From the IMG/VR virus record IMGVR_UViG_3300046804_005798, positions 8,884 through 72,883 of that record: DNA of 64,000 nt; one strand, written 5' to 3'. Below are positions 38,168-48,832 of the stretch, in pieces (the first letter of the stretch is position 1; the number at the start of each line of letters is the position of its first letter). The position numbers and the translations under genes were made by a program. Origin of the DNA: a virus. The notes under the pieces were generated by a model. It ran no database searches. It was not told the origin of the DNA and saw only the letters and a program-made list of their open reading frames with translations.

Positions 38168-39541
38168 ATGTCTCAGAAAACAGTAGATTCTAGGTCCGTT
38201 TCTATAGATGAGTTTTTAATTTCCTCTATAGACAATAAAGTTATTAAAGACATCCCTGACATTATAACAGATTTATATTATTATGAGAGTATTTTAGATC
38301 CCTCTATTCGAGTTCAAATAGTTTATGCTGATACTGGTAATACAGTTGAAAAAGATGGAGTTTATAAGACACTTCTTGAAGGAATGCCTTTAGAATATGG
38401 ACTTGATTCTCGAATAAAATTGAGAGATTATAATGATGTTGAGTTAAATTTAAATGTCAATATTAGTTCTATTACTCCACTATCAAAAGACACTACTAAG
38501 TCTTTAGTTGGTGTTGAGTTTATCTCTCCAGAAGCAATAGACAACTATAAATGCGTTGTTAGAAAAAGATATGACGGAAAAATATCGGACCATGTAAGAA
38601 ATATTTTAACTGATTCTGAACTCTTAAGTACGGAGAAAAAACTAGATATTGAAGAAACTGAGAATACCTTTAATTTTTTTGGTAATCAAAAGAGACCTTT
38701 TTATCACATTCTCTGGTTAGCAAAAAGAAGTGTCCCTAGCATACAAAATGCAAAGGGAAATACTGCTGGATTTCTTTTCTTTGAGACATCTGATGGATTT
38801 AAATTTAAATCTATAGATGGAATGTTGTCTGAAAATGAACCTAGTGGTAGTAAGAAAAATATAAAAAGTTTTGTCTACAACCAAACTGCAGATCTTCCTG
38901 TTGAATATGATGGAAAAATAGTAGATATAATTCCACCAACTCCAGGTGGAGATATTCAAACAAAACTTGAAGCTGGTACATATTCTACGAGAACAATATT
39001 ATTTGATCCGTTCAATTGTTATTATGAAGTCATTAATCCAAATTCTCAAGGACAAGCAACTGAGCTTGGATCTGAAGAAAATCTTCAAAAAGCAGGGAAG
39101 TCTTTGCCAAAAATAAATCCAAAATTTAAAAAGGAGGGAAGAAATAAAGATTTTTCAAGAACTCAATACATGCTTCTTGACACAGGTTCAATTCCAAGTG
39201 GAAGTACAAAGCAGCAAATAGAAAAATCAAAAGAACAAAATTTTGATCCTAAAAATATTTTAAACCAATCTTCGATGAGATATAATCAACTTTTTTCATC
39301 TCAAACAACAATAACACTTGACCGTGCCGATTTTAGTTTACATGCAGGAGATTTAATTTATGTAAGCACTCCAGAACTTTCAAGTAAAAAGATTCAGGAT
39401 TTTGATGAATATTTGGGTGGATACTATTTAATTGCTGATATATGTCATTATATAAACATAAAAACTGCTGGATTCACAAAAATAGTAGCAGTTAGAGATT
39501 CTGTTGGCACAAAAGGCACACCAAAATATAATCCACAATAA
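38168..39541 (+). CDS. Baseplate hub protein (gp27-like)
   Basis: YYESILDP...GFLFFET.DGF.FKSID...LHAGD...GYYLI..ICH; position before gp5. Confidence 0.7.
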   Translation: MSQKTVDSRSVSIDEFLISSIDNKVIKDIPDIITDLYYYESILDPSIRVQIVYADTGNTVEKDGVYKTLLEGMPLEYGLDSRIKLRDYNDVELNLNVNISSITPLSKDTTKSLVGVEFISPEAIDNYKCVVRKRYDGKISDHVRNILTDSELLSTEKKLDIEETENTFNFFGNQKRPFYHILWLAKRSVPSIQNAKGNTAGFLFFETSDGFKFKSIDGMLSENEPSGSKKNIKSFVYNQTADLPVEYDGKIVDIIPPTPGGDIQTKLEAGTYSTRTILFDPFNCYYEVINPNSQGQATELGSEENLQKAGKSLPKINPKFKKEGRNKDFSRTQYMLLDTGSIPSGSTKQQIEKSKEQNFDPKNILNQSSMRYNQLFSSQTTITLDRADFSLHAGDLIYVSTPELSSKKIQDFDEYLGGYYLIADICHYINIKTAGFTKIVAVRDSVGTKGTPKYNPQ

Positions 39542-39577
39542 AGTTGTTAAATAGTCATAGTATCTTTACGCATAGTT

Positions 39578-39790
39578 ATGGAAAGCGTAGAACACCACAT
39601 TCAGCATGATAAAAATTTACTTGATGACCCAACTATATCTGCTCAATCAAGAAGACACACTGAAAGTGAATTGGAGTCTTTAGAAAAATGGGTCAAAAAT
39701 CACCCAAACGATCATCATGATCCAACTGCTTTAGAATTATATTGTGACGAAAATCCTGGTGCATTAGAGTGTAAGATATATGAAGACTAA
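39578..39790 (+). CDS. cp12: Calvin-cycle inhibitor CP12
   Basis: C-terminal PTALELYCDENPGALECKIYED signature. Confidence 0.9.
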   Translation: MESVEHHIQHDKNLLDDPTISAQSRRHTESELESLEKWVKNHPNDHHDPTALELYCDENPGALECKIYED

Positions 39791-41517
39791 TGAGTGAAGG
39801 ATCTTTATTTAACCCTGGATTTTTAGGAGCACATTTTAACTGGTGGATAGGTCAGATCGCTGATGATTCCACTTGGAGAGATAATGCTGCATCTGGAAAA
39901 CATGACTCGCCACAATCTGTGCCTGGATGGGGACGCAGATATAAAGTGAGAATTATAGGACTCCATGATAAAGAAGAGGAAGTAATATCTTCAGATCAAC
40001 TTCCTTGGGCTCAAGTAATGTACCCAATTACTGCGGGTGGTGGACAAACTGGTGCTTCTCAAACACCAAATCTTCGTCAAGGAAATTTTGTATTTGGATT
40101 TTTTCTTGACGGACAAGACCAACAAGTTCCTGTAATTATGGGAGTGCTGGGCAATAATGCACAGACTCAATTAAAAACAAAAATAGGCAATAATGATTCC
40201 AACTTTGCAGCAACTAGCGGATATGCTGAAGGAAAAGATCCTCCGATCGGAAGTGCAAAACCAAAAGTTCCTGACGATAGAATAGGAGTTCAAAAACCAA
40301 AAGGAAATATACAATCTGAAGAGTGCTCTCCTGCACCACCGGGTGTCGCTATTAATGAGTTCGGACTTCGTGCTGATAAATCATTAAATTCTCAACAATT
40401 TTCTGATCAGCAAAGTGCAATAAGAGAAGCACAGGCTAGAGGTTTAACCGGAGATGAGAGAACTAGATTCATTCAGAAAGCTGTTGCGGATGGAATAAGG
40501 GCAAGATGTAAAGAAGCAAGTTCACCAACATCTCCTTCTCAACCAGGTGCTACAATTGAAAATCCGGATGATAATCATATTCAAACAAATGCGGACACAA
40601 AAAGAAATGAATTATATTTGAAGAAAAGAGTATTAATGAGTCCATGTGATCAGGTAGGTTCTGCATTAAAAGCGATTAATATATTATTAGAAAATCTCAC
40701 CAGAGATATAGATAAAATTTTACAAACAGCACAAAGTTATATTGACGCAGCTTCTCAAATTTTATCCAGTGATATTAAGAAATTGATATTTGATTACTCT
40801 TGTCAAATAGCGAAGTATATGAAAATTGTTTTTGATAAAATATTGGAATATATTCTTAAAAAAATTAACATTTCTATGGCAAAGACTGTTGATGTAATGT
40901 ATCCAAATCAAAGACATCAATATCTTGATATTAAAGATCAAATTACCGAAAAAATTTATTCTCTTTTTGGTAGAATTATTGAAAATTTATGTGATCAAAT
41001 CGGAGCAGCGTTAAATCAAATACTTGATATAAAAAATCCATCTAGAGATCGTGATCCATATACTGGTTATAATGGAGATGCTCCTTATGTTCCGATTTGT
41101 TCTGTAGAAAAACTAGTTGGAGATGTTGTTGCAGCAAATCAAAGTGATATTAATAATGGTATTGATGAGATTTTGAAAGGTATAAATGTATTTTTATCCG
41201 ATATAAGTTCTCAACTTGCTGAAGTAAGTAGTAGTTTATCTGATATAACTGCCACCATTAGTTCTATAAGTTCTAGTTTAAGTAGTGCATTGAGATTTGA
41301 AAATATAAAATTAAATATTTTTAAAGGAGATTTAAAACCAAGTTGTCCATCTTCCAATTTCTACACGTTACATAAGGGTGGCGGATCTTCTGAAGAAGCA
41401 CAATTTCCAAATTATAGTTCAGTTGCTAAAAATGTACAATCTGCAACTAAAATTTCTTTCTCTCCTGGAATTGACTTTGCACAACCAGCAAAGAACACTG
41501 AAGATTTGAAATATTAA
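39790..41517 (+). CDS. gp5: Baseplate spike gp5, N-terminal OB-fold part
   Basis: WWIGQI...RYKVRIIGLH...LPWA...VFGFFLDG...QVPVIMG; no lysozyme domain evident. Confidence 0.85.
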   Translation: MSEGSLFNPGFLGAHFNWWIGQIADDSTWRDNAASGKHDSPQSVPGWGRRYKVRIIGLHDKEEEVISSDQLPWAQVMYPITAGGGQTGASQTPNLRQGNFVFGFFLDGQDQQVPVIMGVLGNNAQTQLKTKIGNNDSNFAATSGYAEGKDPPIGSAKPKVPDDRIGVQKPKGNIQSEECSPAPPGVAINEFGLRADKSLNSQQFSDQQSAIREAQARGLTGDERTRFIQKAVADGIRARCKEASSPTSPSQPGATIENPDDNHIQTNADTKRNELYLKKRVLMSPCDQVGSALKAINILLENLTRDIDKILQTAQSYIDAASQILSSDIKKLIFDYSCQIAKYMKIVFDKILEYILKKINISMAKTVDVMYPNQRHQYLDIKDQITEKIYSLFGRIIENLCDQIGAALNQILDIKNPSRDRDPYTGYNGDAPYVPICSVEKLVGDVVAANQSDINNGIDEILKGINVFLSDISSQLAEVSSSLSDITATISSISSSLSSALRFENIKLNIFKGDLKPSCPSSNFYTLHKGGGSSEEAQFPNYSSVAKNVQSATKISFSPGIDFAQPAKNTEDLKY

Positions 41518-41572
41518 GTGGGACAATAAATATTAGCAATGAAATCAAAGAACTTAGTATTTAATATATCGA

Positions 41573-44500
41573 ATGGCAAGTAATCTATTCGGACAACCTT
41601 CAAAAGATGATATTAGAGTAGGGTACATCGATCCCAAGTTGGGATATATTAGTGATGTGTCTATATGTGAAGCTAATGAATATGGTAAAGATAATCCAGG
41701 CACGATTTTTTTATTCAAGAATGGTAATAATATTCTTCAATATTTAACTCTTAACGAAGTTAATAGACTTACTCCATCTGATTTGGAGTCAAATCAAGAT
41801 TGTGAAGGAATAAATCAGAAAAAACCCTGCGGACCACCGGTCATTCAAATTTACGGAGGACGTGGAGTAGGTGCTCAAGCAAATCCAGTTATTGGTGCCG
41901 ATGGATCATTGTTGGCAGTTGATTTGGTTCGTGGCGGACATGGATATCAATATAATCCACAGGTAACTGCAAATGACCATTGCTATTATGGTAGTGGTTC
42001 TGTGCTTAAGGCAGTGATTGGAGAGGTTTCAACCGGATTTGAAACTTATGCCGATGAGGAAGATTTTGAAGAATATGAAATTTGCGATCCAAACGAGGTT
42101 GGATTTGGTAGAAAATATGGTTCAAATGGTGAAGATTTAGGTCCATGGGAACCAAGTAATTATGTAAATATAGGATTGGATCCTATAAGGGAAGAGGTAG
42201 AAAAATATGGAAAGGTTGTAAGAGCTCTTGCGAGGTCTCCATTTTGGGATACTCGAAAAAGAAAACCAAATAAAATAACAGCAAGCGATTCTAAAGTAAC
42301 GCCCTATCAAACACATAATGTTACTTTTGGTAGTGCTTGGTCTGACTTTATGAATTCTTATGCGGTTTCTCCAGTTTCACCATCAAATATAAAAGGGAGT
42401 GATTATTCTGGAATACTTTTTACAATGGAATGGAATGAAGATTTTCCTTTGACTGGAGAATACGTTTTTAGGGGATTATGTGATAATGTTTCACAACTTT
42501 ATGTTGATAATGAAAAGGTATTTGATTTAGGTAACTTTAACGGGTCTGTGAATGATGTCAGAAAAATAATTACAGAAGGTATTCACACCATTCGTATAGA
42601 TCTTTTAAATGTTCCAATATATGAAACAAAAGTTACATCAGGATCTAGTTCTAATTTAACAAATAACATTAAACCAAAATTTATTCAGGAAGGTAAAAAT
42701 TATTTTCTAGAAGTTGGTGGCACTGGAACTGGTGAAGTAACAATTTTAATGGATATTGATGACCAAAGTTTTATCGCAGGACTTGCTGCTAAAGAAGTTA
42801 TTATACCCTCAGATGGTAATGATTTATCCTTCAAAAGGAGATCTGATACTCCACAAAAAGAAACAATTAAAAAGACTGGAAAATTTAGTGCTGGAAAAAC
42901 TTATGGACCAATACAGATTAATGGAGCATCTCCGGGTGCAGGAACTCCTAAAGTTAGTAACAATAAGTTAGGTCTTCTTGACACTGATGGAAGTGATGAA
43001 AATATAAAAGTTATCATAACAGATATTAAAAATAATACGAGTTCTTCTGTAAGTTCTCAATCAACAACATCTTCTACTGGACTAATAAAAACAGTTCAAG
43101 TTTTTAATACTTCAAGTTATATTGATAAAGCTAATAGAAAACTTTGGAGAACTAATGCATCTTCTGGACTCAATTCAGATTTTTTGACTCAATATGGAGT
43201 TTCACCTTTTGATACTACAACAAGAGAAGCACAGACTGATAGTTTTGCTGGCATTCATGTTATAAGATGGGAGAGTATAAATTTTCCTATTGATGGTAAC
43301 TACAATATTGATATTATGGTCGATGACAATGTGACTTTATATATTGGAAACCGTTCAACTGGTGGAAAAATTGATGATGGTTCTGGATTATTAAAAGATG
43401 AAATTGTGATTAGGAAGAATGGATTTAATTCTCAAGGTAATAGCAGAGGAAAAACAACAGAATCTAGATTTTTTAAAGCAGGTAGTTATAGAATTAGGGC
43501 TGAGTTGGAGCAAATTTCTGGAAAGCCTTTGGCAAAGGGCAATCCTATGGCTCTTGCTATCAATATAGAGGTTTCCCAAGTTGAACAAAAAATAGTATCT
43601 CCAAAATCTTGGAATGAAAATCCTATGGGAGTTTCAGTAACTATTGATGCTCCACCCGAACCAGCTCCTCCACAAGAGGCAATTCCGGAGCAGGAGGGAA
43701 GATGCCCAAATAATCCAATATGGACGACTAGATTTCCCACCACATCTCAAAGTTGGTATCCAGTTAAATTTTCAAGTCCAAGAATAATAACAGAGACAAT
43801 TACTGTAGACAATCCAACACCAACTCAACAAAAGAAGGAAGTGAGTTTTACTGTTTATGGTGAAGGGGCAATAAAAGATTTATCCTTTGTCTTCACTGCA
43901 GTTGATGGTTCGCACACCTTTGTCATAAATGGTGCAGATACAAATAAAAAATCAAGAGTTGAAAAAATTACTATAACTCCAAATTTAAATTATATTGTTA
44001 AATCCAAAGAAGATTCTTCTAAATTTAGCTCTGTCGAACAGGGTTTGGTTAAGGGTGGAACTAAAGACAAGGAAAGTGGAGTTGGATCCTCAAATAGGAT
44101 TTTCGCAGATTATACTGCAACTAACAATGATAATGATGATATACAAATAACGACATCTATTGGTTCTTTTTCTAGTTCAAATAAGAGAAAGGCAAAAAAC
44201 AGTGGTAGGAATACATATGATTTAACATATAGATTGGAGTCTGCTTCAGCAGTTGTAAATAATAGTACTACTTCAACAAGAACTTATGAGGCTCCTGGTT
44301 GGAGTAGATTTATGAATCGTTATGCAATCTCTCCCGTCAAACCTTTAGATACTCCTGGAAGTGATAGTTCTGGAGCAACATATTCTACTTCTTGGAGTAT
44401 TGACATTCCATATGATGGATTTTATGGTTTAAGAGGAACTAGAGATAATAAAGGTAGGATATTAATTGATAATAATGAAATATCGACTCTTGATGGATTT

Positions 44501-46222
44501 AATAATGAGTCGCCAAAGTTAGTAAAAACTTTTCTTTCTAAAGGAAGGCATACTATTACTGCAGAACTTTACAATGAACCAATAGAAACTCAAAGTGTTA
44601 TAGATCAAAAAATCTTCAGAACTAAAGATTGGCAAGTTGATACCCAAAGTACAATCACTACCCCATCAAAAATAAAAGCAAAATTTGTTCAAAAGGGAAA
44701 ACAATATTACCTGGAAGTTGAAGGGACTGGAAGTGGTGAAATATTCTTTGCAATGGATATTAATGATAGATCATTTATCTTTGGTGTAGCTGCAAAAGAA
44801 ATTAGTATTCCTTCAGATAATGGACAAATATCTTTTAAGAGAAATTCGGATAAAGAAATTATTAGAAAATCCGGAAAATTTAGTGCTGGAAAAACTTATG
44901 GACCAATTCAAATTATTGGTGCCTCACCTGGATCAGGAACTCCTAAAGTCAGTAGTAATAAGTTAGCTCTTCTTGACGCTGAAGGAAATGATGAAAATAT
45001 TAAGTTTATAATAACCGACGTTAAAAACAGTGGAACATCTTCTTCCACTGTTCAGCAGACTCTATCTGGCGGCACATCAAAAGATGGCGTAACATATAGT
45101 GGTCCAAATCTTTTCCATTATACTGATAGTAGATGGGGAGATTTTATGAATAATCATTCAATATCACCATATCTACCTCCACTTGATTCTGATAATCCAC
45201 AGATAAATGGTAAAAAAACTTATACTTGGAAAGGAGTTAAATTTCCTGAAAGTGGACAATACAAAGTGGCATTTCAAGCAGATAATAGTGCATCTTTATT
45301 GATTAATGGAATAAAGGTTTTAGATTCAAGAGGATTCACGGGAATTCCTCCATTTGATGCTGTTAATATTACTGCAGGAACTTATGATATCGTCGTAGAA
45401 ATGGAAAATACTCCAGACTTTACTAATATTTTCACAAAAAATCCTGTAGGATTTGGTCTTGTTATTATAAAGGAAATCTCCCAATCATCAAATAAACAAA
45501 CTCCATGGACATCAAATCCCATGGGAATTTCTGCAATTCTAATTCCACCCCCTTGTCCAAAAAAGTTGAGTGGTAGAGGAGTTGTTACTGAAATTATAGT
45601 AGAAGATCCTGGAAATGGATATACGCCACCACCAACAATAATTCCAAGTACAACAGGAACTAGTACATATCCAGTTATTTTAAGATTAGAAAATGTAATA
45701 GTTACAAATCCAGGTATAAATTATAGATGCGGAGAGGACAAAATTATAGTCACTCCCAGTAATGGTGCAGTGTTAGATTATGAATGCGATTCTTTTGGTA
45801 GAATTACTACAGTAACGCCTGTTAATCCTGGTATAGGTTTTACCTCATATCCAAGTATAACTATTCAAACTGAAACAGGAATTAATTTTGAAGCAATACC
45901 AGTTCTTGTGCCAGTTAGAGATCCTATTGTAGTAGATACGGCAAAACTTATTCAAGTCACAGATTTGGTTGGTCTTAAACAGAATGGTTATATTGATGGT
46001 AGAGCATATTATGGATCTGTATTTTATAAAGATAATGTTAGATATGCTGGATTCTATGAGACTCCGGGAGAACTTGTTCAAGTATATAATACCTTACAAG
46101 AAAGTATTGATGCTAAGGTTACTTCTGCGCCAACTGCAATTGAAAGATCTGGTACTGATACAGAACTCAGTTCTAACAATCCAAAACTCAATATTCCAAA
46201 TACTCCAGAGAATTTTATTTGA
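41573..46222 (+). CDS. Large virion protein with repeated PA14-like beta domains
   Basis: Four G.Y.F...DN...L.(I/V)D-type repeats, an internal duplicated domain, and terminal PG.GY repeats. Confidence 0.7.
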   Translation: MASNLFGQPSKDDIRVGYIDPKLGYISDVSICEANEYGKDNPGTIFLFKNGNNILQYLTLNEVNRLTPSDLESNQDCEGINQKKPCGPPVIQIYGGRGVGAQANPVIGADGSLLAVDLVRGGHGYQYNPQVTANDHCYYGSGSVLKAVIGEVSTGFETYADEEDFEEYEICDPNEVGFGRKYGSNGEDLGPWEPSNYVNIGLDPIREEVEKYGKVVRALARSPFWDTRKRKPNKITASDSKVTPYQTHNVTFGSAWSDFMNSYAVSPVSPSNIKGSDYSGILFTMEWNEDFPLTGEYVFRGLCDNVSQLYVDNEKVFDLGNFNGSVNDVRKIITEGIHTIRIDLLNVPIYETKVTSGSSSNLTNNIKPKFIQEGKNYFLEVGGTGTGEVTILMDIDDQSFIAGLAAKEVIIPSDGNDLSFKRRSDTPQKETIKKTGKFSAGKTYGPIQINGASPGAGTPKVSNNKLGLLDTDGSDENIKVIITDIKNNTSSSVSSQSTTSSTGLIKTVQVFNTSSYIDKANRKLWRTNASSGLNSDFLTQYGVSPFDTTTREAQTDSFAGIHVIRWESINFPIDGNYNIDIMVDDNVTLYIGNRSTGGKIDDGSGLLKDEIVIRKNGFNSQGNSRGKTTESRFFKAGSYRIRAELEQISGKPLAKGNPMALAINIEVSQVEQKIVSPKSWNENPMGVSVTIDAPPEPAPPQEAIPEQEGRCPNNPIWTTRFPTTSQSWYPVKFSSPRIITETITVDNPTPTQQKKEVSFTVYGEGAIKDLSFVFTAVDGSHTFVINGADTNKKSRVEKITITPNLNYIVKSKEDSSKFSSVEQGLVKGGTKDKESGVGSSNRIFADYTATNNDNDDIQITTSIGSFSSSNKRKAKNSGRNTYDLTYRLESASAVVNNSTTSTRTYEAPGWSRFMNRYAISPVKPLDTPGSDSSGATYSTSWSIDIPYDGFYGLRGTRDNKGRILIDNNEISTLDGFNNESPKLVKTFLSKGRHTITAELYNEPIETQSVIDQKIFRTKDWQVDTQSTITTPSKIKAKFVQKGKQYYLEVEGTGSGEIFFAMDINDRSFIFGVAAKEISIPSDNGQISFKRNSDKEIIRKSGKFSAGKTYGPIQIIGASPGSGTPKVSSNKLALLDAEGNDENIKFIITDVKNSGTSSSTVQQTLSGGTSKDGVTYSGPNLFHYTDSRWGDFMNNHSISPYLPPLDSDNPQINGKKTYTWKGVKFPESGQYKVAFQADNSASLLINGIKVLDSRGFTGIPPFDAVNITAGTYDIVVEMENTPDFTNIFTKNPVGFGLVIIKEISQSSNKQTPWTSNPMGISAILIPPPCPKKLSGRGVVTEIIVEDPGNGYTPPPTIIPSTTGTSTYPVILRLENVIVTNPGINYRCGEDKIIVTPSNGAVLDYECDSFGRITTVTPVNPGIGFTSYPSITIQTETGINFEAIPVLVPVRDPIVVDTAKLIQVTDLVGLKQNGYIDGRAYYGSVFYKDNVRYAGFYETPGELVQVYNTLQESIDAKVTSAPTAIERSGTDTELSSNNPKLNIPNTPENFI

Positions 46223-46254
46223 AATGATTAAATAGTGTATACCAATTTATAATA

Positions 46255-46917
46255 ATGGCAACTTCTCAGAATAGATTCAATAATAGATCTGGGTCACCCA
46301 GAAGTGCTGCATATGCATCTGGATCTCTTCCAGAAAACAACACTGCTAAGAAAAATTATACAGGACTTCGTTATGGTAATGATCATGGATCAATAAATTT
46401 TGGACATATTCACAAGTCTGGAGATTGTACTGCAGACGTATTATTGCAAGCTTCTGATGGGAGACACTCTATTTCTTTGGATAAAGAGGGTCCAAGAAAA
46501 TCTTGTACTCAAATTACTGCCCCTGGTAGGATATCTATTGAATCTGGAGAAGACCTTACTGAAACTGAAGACTCTCTTTACATTGGTTCTTGGAATGGTA
46601 ATATAGATATTAATGCATTAAATGGAAAAATCAGACTTATTGGAACTGATATTGAATTAATTGCAGTTGGTGAGGGTGGTTCCAAGGGGAATATTCGAAT
46701 GAAAGCCCCAAGTGGAACAATAGAACTTGATGGTAAAAAGGTAATAATAAATGCAAAGGCAATGTACAAATTGGCAACATCTGGAAAAGCAGAAATTGCT
46801 GCTAATAGTTGCTTGAGTATCTATAGTTCTGTAATAAGAGGCGTGACGGATGCTGTTGCAAATAAAGATGGAAAAAATGGGGGTAGAAACTTCCAAGTCA
46901 AACAATCTGAATTTTAA
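46255..46917 (+). CDS. gp5/VgrG C-terminal beta-helix-like protein
   Basis: NGNIDINALNGKIRL...I.L repeats; position in the baseplate module. Confidence 0.55.
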   Translation: MATSQNRFNNRSGSPRSAAYASGSLPENNTAKKNYTGLRYGNDHGSINFGHIHKSGDCTADVLLQASDGRHSISLDKEGPRKSCTQITAPGRISIESGEDLTETEDSLYIGSWNGNIDINALNGKIRLIGTDIELIAVGEGGSKGNIRMKAPSGTIELDGKKVIINAKAMYKLATSGKAEIAANSCLSIYSSVIRGVTDAVANKDGKNGGRNFQVKQSEF

Positions 46918-46928
46918 GGAGATAAAAA

Positions 46929-47588
46929 ATGGCACAATGTTCTGATGATCTTGCTTTGGGTGGACAGTTGATGGTCGGTGCAGGGCTTCCACCTATGATG
47001 GGTGTTGGTCCTGGAAAAATTAATGGATCTGCTTTTGTTGAAGGTCCTATGCAAATTGGTGCAGCTAAAGAATATGGCAGTGTTGATGCCACAATGATGG
47101 TTGGCAGAACTTTCAATTCTGATTCTAGATCTCCATTTTATTCTTTATGGGCAAAACTTTATTCTAGATTTCAAAGTTTTGTAAGAGTTGATTTACTTCT
47201 AAAATCCAGATATATTGAAGCTGAAGTTGTAAGAACAAGAGTTCTTCAGGCAACAATTAAGAATTTTGTAATTGATCATCCAACAAAACCTGGTAAGAAA
47301 TTAGTTCACACTTGCCTTGAAGGACCGGAAAATGGCGTTTACATTCGAGGAAGAGTATTAAATAGAAACTACATTGAACTTCCAGATTATTGGAAAGAAC
47401 TTGTGGATGTAGAAACAATTACAGTTTCTCTAACTCCAATTGGATCTCATCAAGACATTATTGTAAAAAGAATTGATGAAGAAAAGGTGCATTTGCAGTC
47501 AAAGGCAAATATGCCAATAAATTGTTTTTATCATGTTTTTGCGGAGAGAAAAGATGTTAGACCTTTAGAAGTGGAGATTGACGGATAA
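46929..47588 (+). CDS. Virion protein (spike-associated, paralog A)
   Basis: KNFVIDHP...LVHTCLEGPE..VY.RG...IELPDYW...AERKD domain. Confidence 0.7.
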   Translation: MAQCSDDLALGGQLMVGAGLPPMMGVGPGKINGSAFVEGPMQIGAAKEYGSVDATMMVGRTFNSDSRSPFYSLWAKLYSRFQSFVRVDLLLKSRYIEAEVVRTRVLQATIKNFVIDHPTKPGKKLVHTCLEGPENGVYIRGRVLNRNYIELPDYWKELVDVETITVSLTPIGSHQDIIVKRIDEEKVHLQSKANMPINCFYHVFAERKDVRPLEVEIDG

Positions 47589-48352
47589 TGGCATTTACTT
47601 TTCAAAAATACGGAACATTTGCCGGACCTGGGGTTGATATAAACTATAGAAATAATGATGATTTTTCTTTAGATCCTTTTGATGGATACTGGAATATTGA
47701 TGATGTTTCCATGGTTCTTGCAAATGTAGTTGAATCGCCATCTGATTATGTTTATATGCATTTGAATGGATTTGACACTTCTGTTGTTACTTTAGAAAGA
47801 AGTCAGGGAAATATTCCTAATTTTAATGTAAACGCAAATCAAACAACTTTTAGTGGTAATGTTGATATTGGGGGGGATCTTACTGTAGAAGGTAATTTAT
47901 TGGTCGAAACTATTTCTGGAACTGCTTGGTCAAATTTAGTTAGTGATGTAAACAGTAAGAAATCTTTTGATATTTCTCATCCCTCAAAGGGAGGATATAG
48001 ACTTAGATACATTTGCCTTGAAGGACCTGAGGCAGAAGTTTATTTTAGAGGAAAACTTTCTAATGGAAATGTTATAGAACTTCCAGATTATTGGAAAGAT
48101 TTGGTTGATATTGAAACTGTGGGTGTAACTCTAACCCCCATTGGGTGTTATCAAGAACTCTTTGTAGAAAAAATTGAATGGGGAAGTAAGATTATTGTAA
48201 AAAATAATGCAGGTGGTGCCGTTAATTGTTCTTACGTTGTCTATGGAGAAAGAAAAGATGTTGATAAAAATATTTCAGAATATCAAGGAACAAGTCCTGC
48301 CGATTATCCTGGTGACAATTCTCAATATGTGATTAATGGTGTAAGGGCTTGA
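47588..48352 (+). CDS. Virion protein (paralog B)
   Basis: KSFDISHP...LRYICLEGPE..VYFRG...IELPDYW...GERKD; same C-terminal domain as the previous gene. Confidence 0.7.
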   Translation: MAFTFQKYGTFAGPGVDINYRNNDDFSLDPFDGYWNIDDVSMVLANVVESPSDYVYMHLNGFDTSVVTLERSQGNIPNFNVNANQTTFSGNVDIGGDLTVEGNLLVETISGTAWSNLVSDVNSKKSFDISHPSKGGYRLRYICLEGPEAEVYFRGKLSNGNVIELPDYWKDLVDIETVGVTLTPIGCYQELFVEKIEWGSKIIVKNNAGGAVNCSYVVYGERKDVDKNISEYQGTSPADYPGDNSQYVINGVRA

Positions 48353-48377
48353 CGCCCTCTCCAGGACCTGCTATGAT
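48349..48377 (+). promoter_or_regulatory. sigma70-type promoter for the small-gene/tRNA cluster
   Basis: TTGACG-N17-TATGAT with an extended -10 TG. Confidence 0.75.
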
Positions 48378-48402
48378 ACCTAGGTAATCAACGGACGACC
48401 GA

Positions 48403-48585
48403 ATGCAAGACGAGTACCTCTCACGCTGCGTGGTTGACCCTATCAAACGTACAGTGTACTTGTACTCCAATGAAGGGTCAGAAAAACAATTGACATGTGA
48501 TACTGTTGAAGAGTTTATGAACGTGCTAGAATTCGTTCGTGCTACAGTGGATGAAGAGACACTCTCATACGCAAATCCACTTTAA
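48403..48585 (+). CDS. Conserved cyanophage hypothetical protein
   Basis: YLYSNEG....CDTVEEFMNVL. Confidence 0.7.
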   Translation: MQDEYLSRCVVDPIKRTVYLYSNEGSEKQLTCDTVEEFMNVLEFVRATVDEETLSYANPL

Positions 48586-48644
48586 GTTCCATTTTTGGTC
48601 GAAAAAAATCCCGGTAAAAATTCTCACACGATACTTTTTTCAAA

Positions 48645-48824
48645 ATGCGTCCAGAAACACGAGAATCAATGGAAATGCTGTTCGCAGCAAAGTGGAATGT
48701 TCCAACGGCAGCAAAGAATTGTAATCTTACAAACAAAGAAATGAAGATTACATTTAATGAATATTGCCGTTTACATCCTCCAACTTATGTGGTAGAATCA
48801 GGTAGTCAACTCAGTTTTTTCTGA
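48645..48824 (+). CDS. 59-aa hypothetical protein (HTH-like)
   Basis: MRPETRESMEMLFAAKWNVPTAAKNCNLTNKEMKITFNEYC... Confidence 0.65.
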   Translation: MRPETRESMEMLFAAKWNVPTAAKNCNLTNKEMKITFNEYCRLHPPTYVVESGSQLSFF

Positions 48825-48832
48825 GTTTTTAT

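Noticed and set aside
48586-48645. Phased A/T tracts suggesting bent DNA or an origin
   Set aside because: Spacing is irregular and such tracts are expected in an AT-rich genome.
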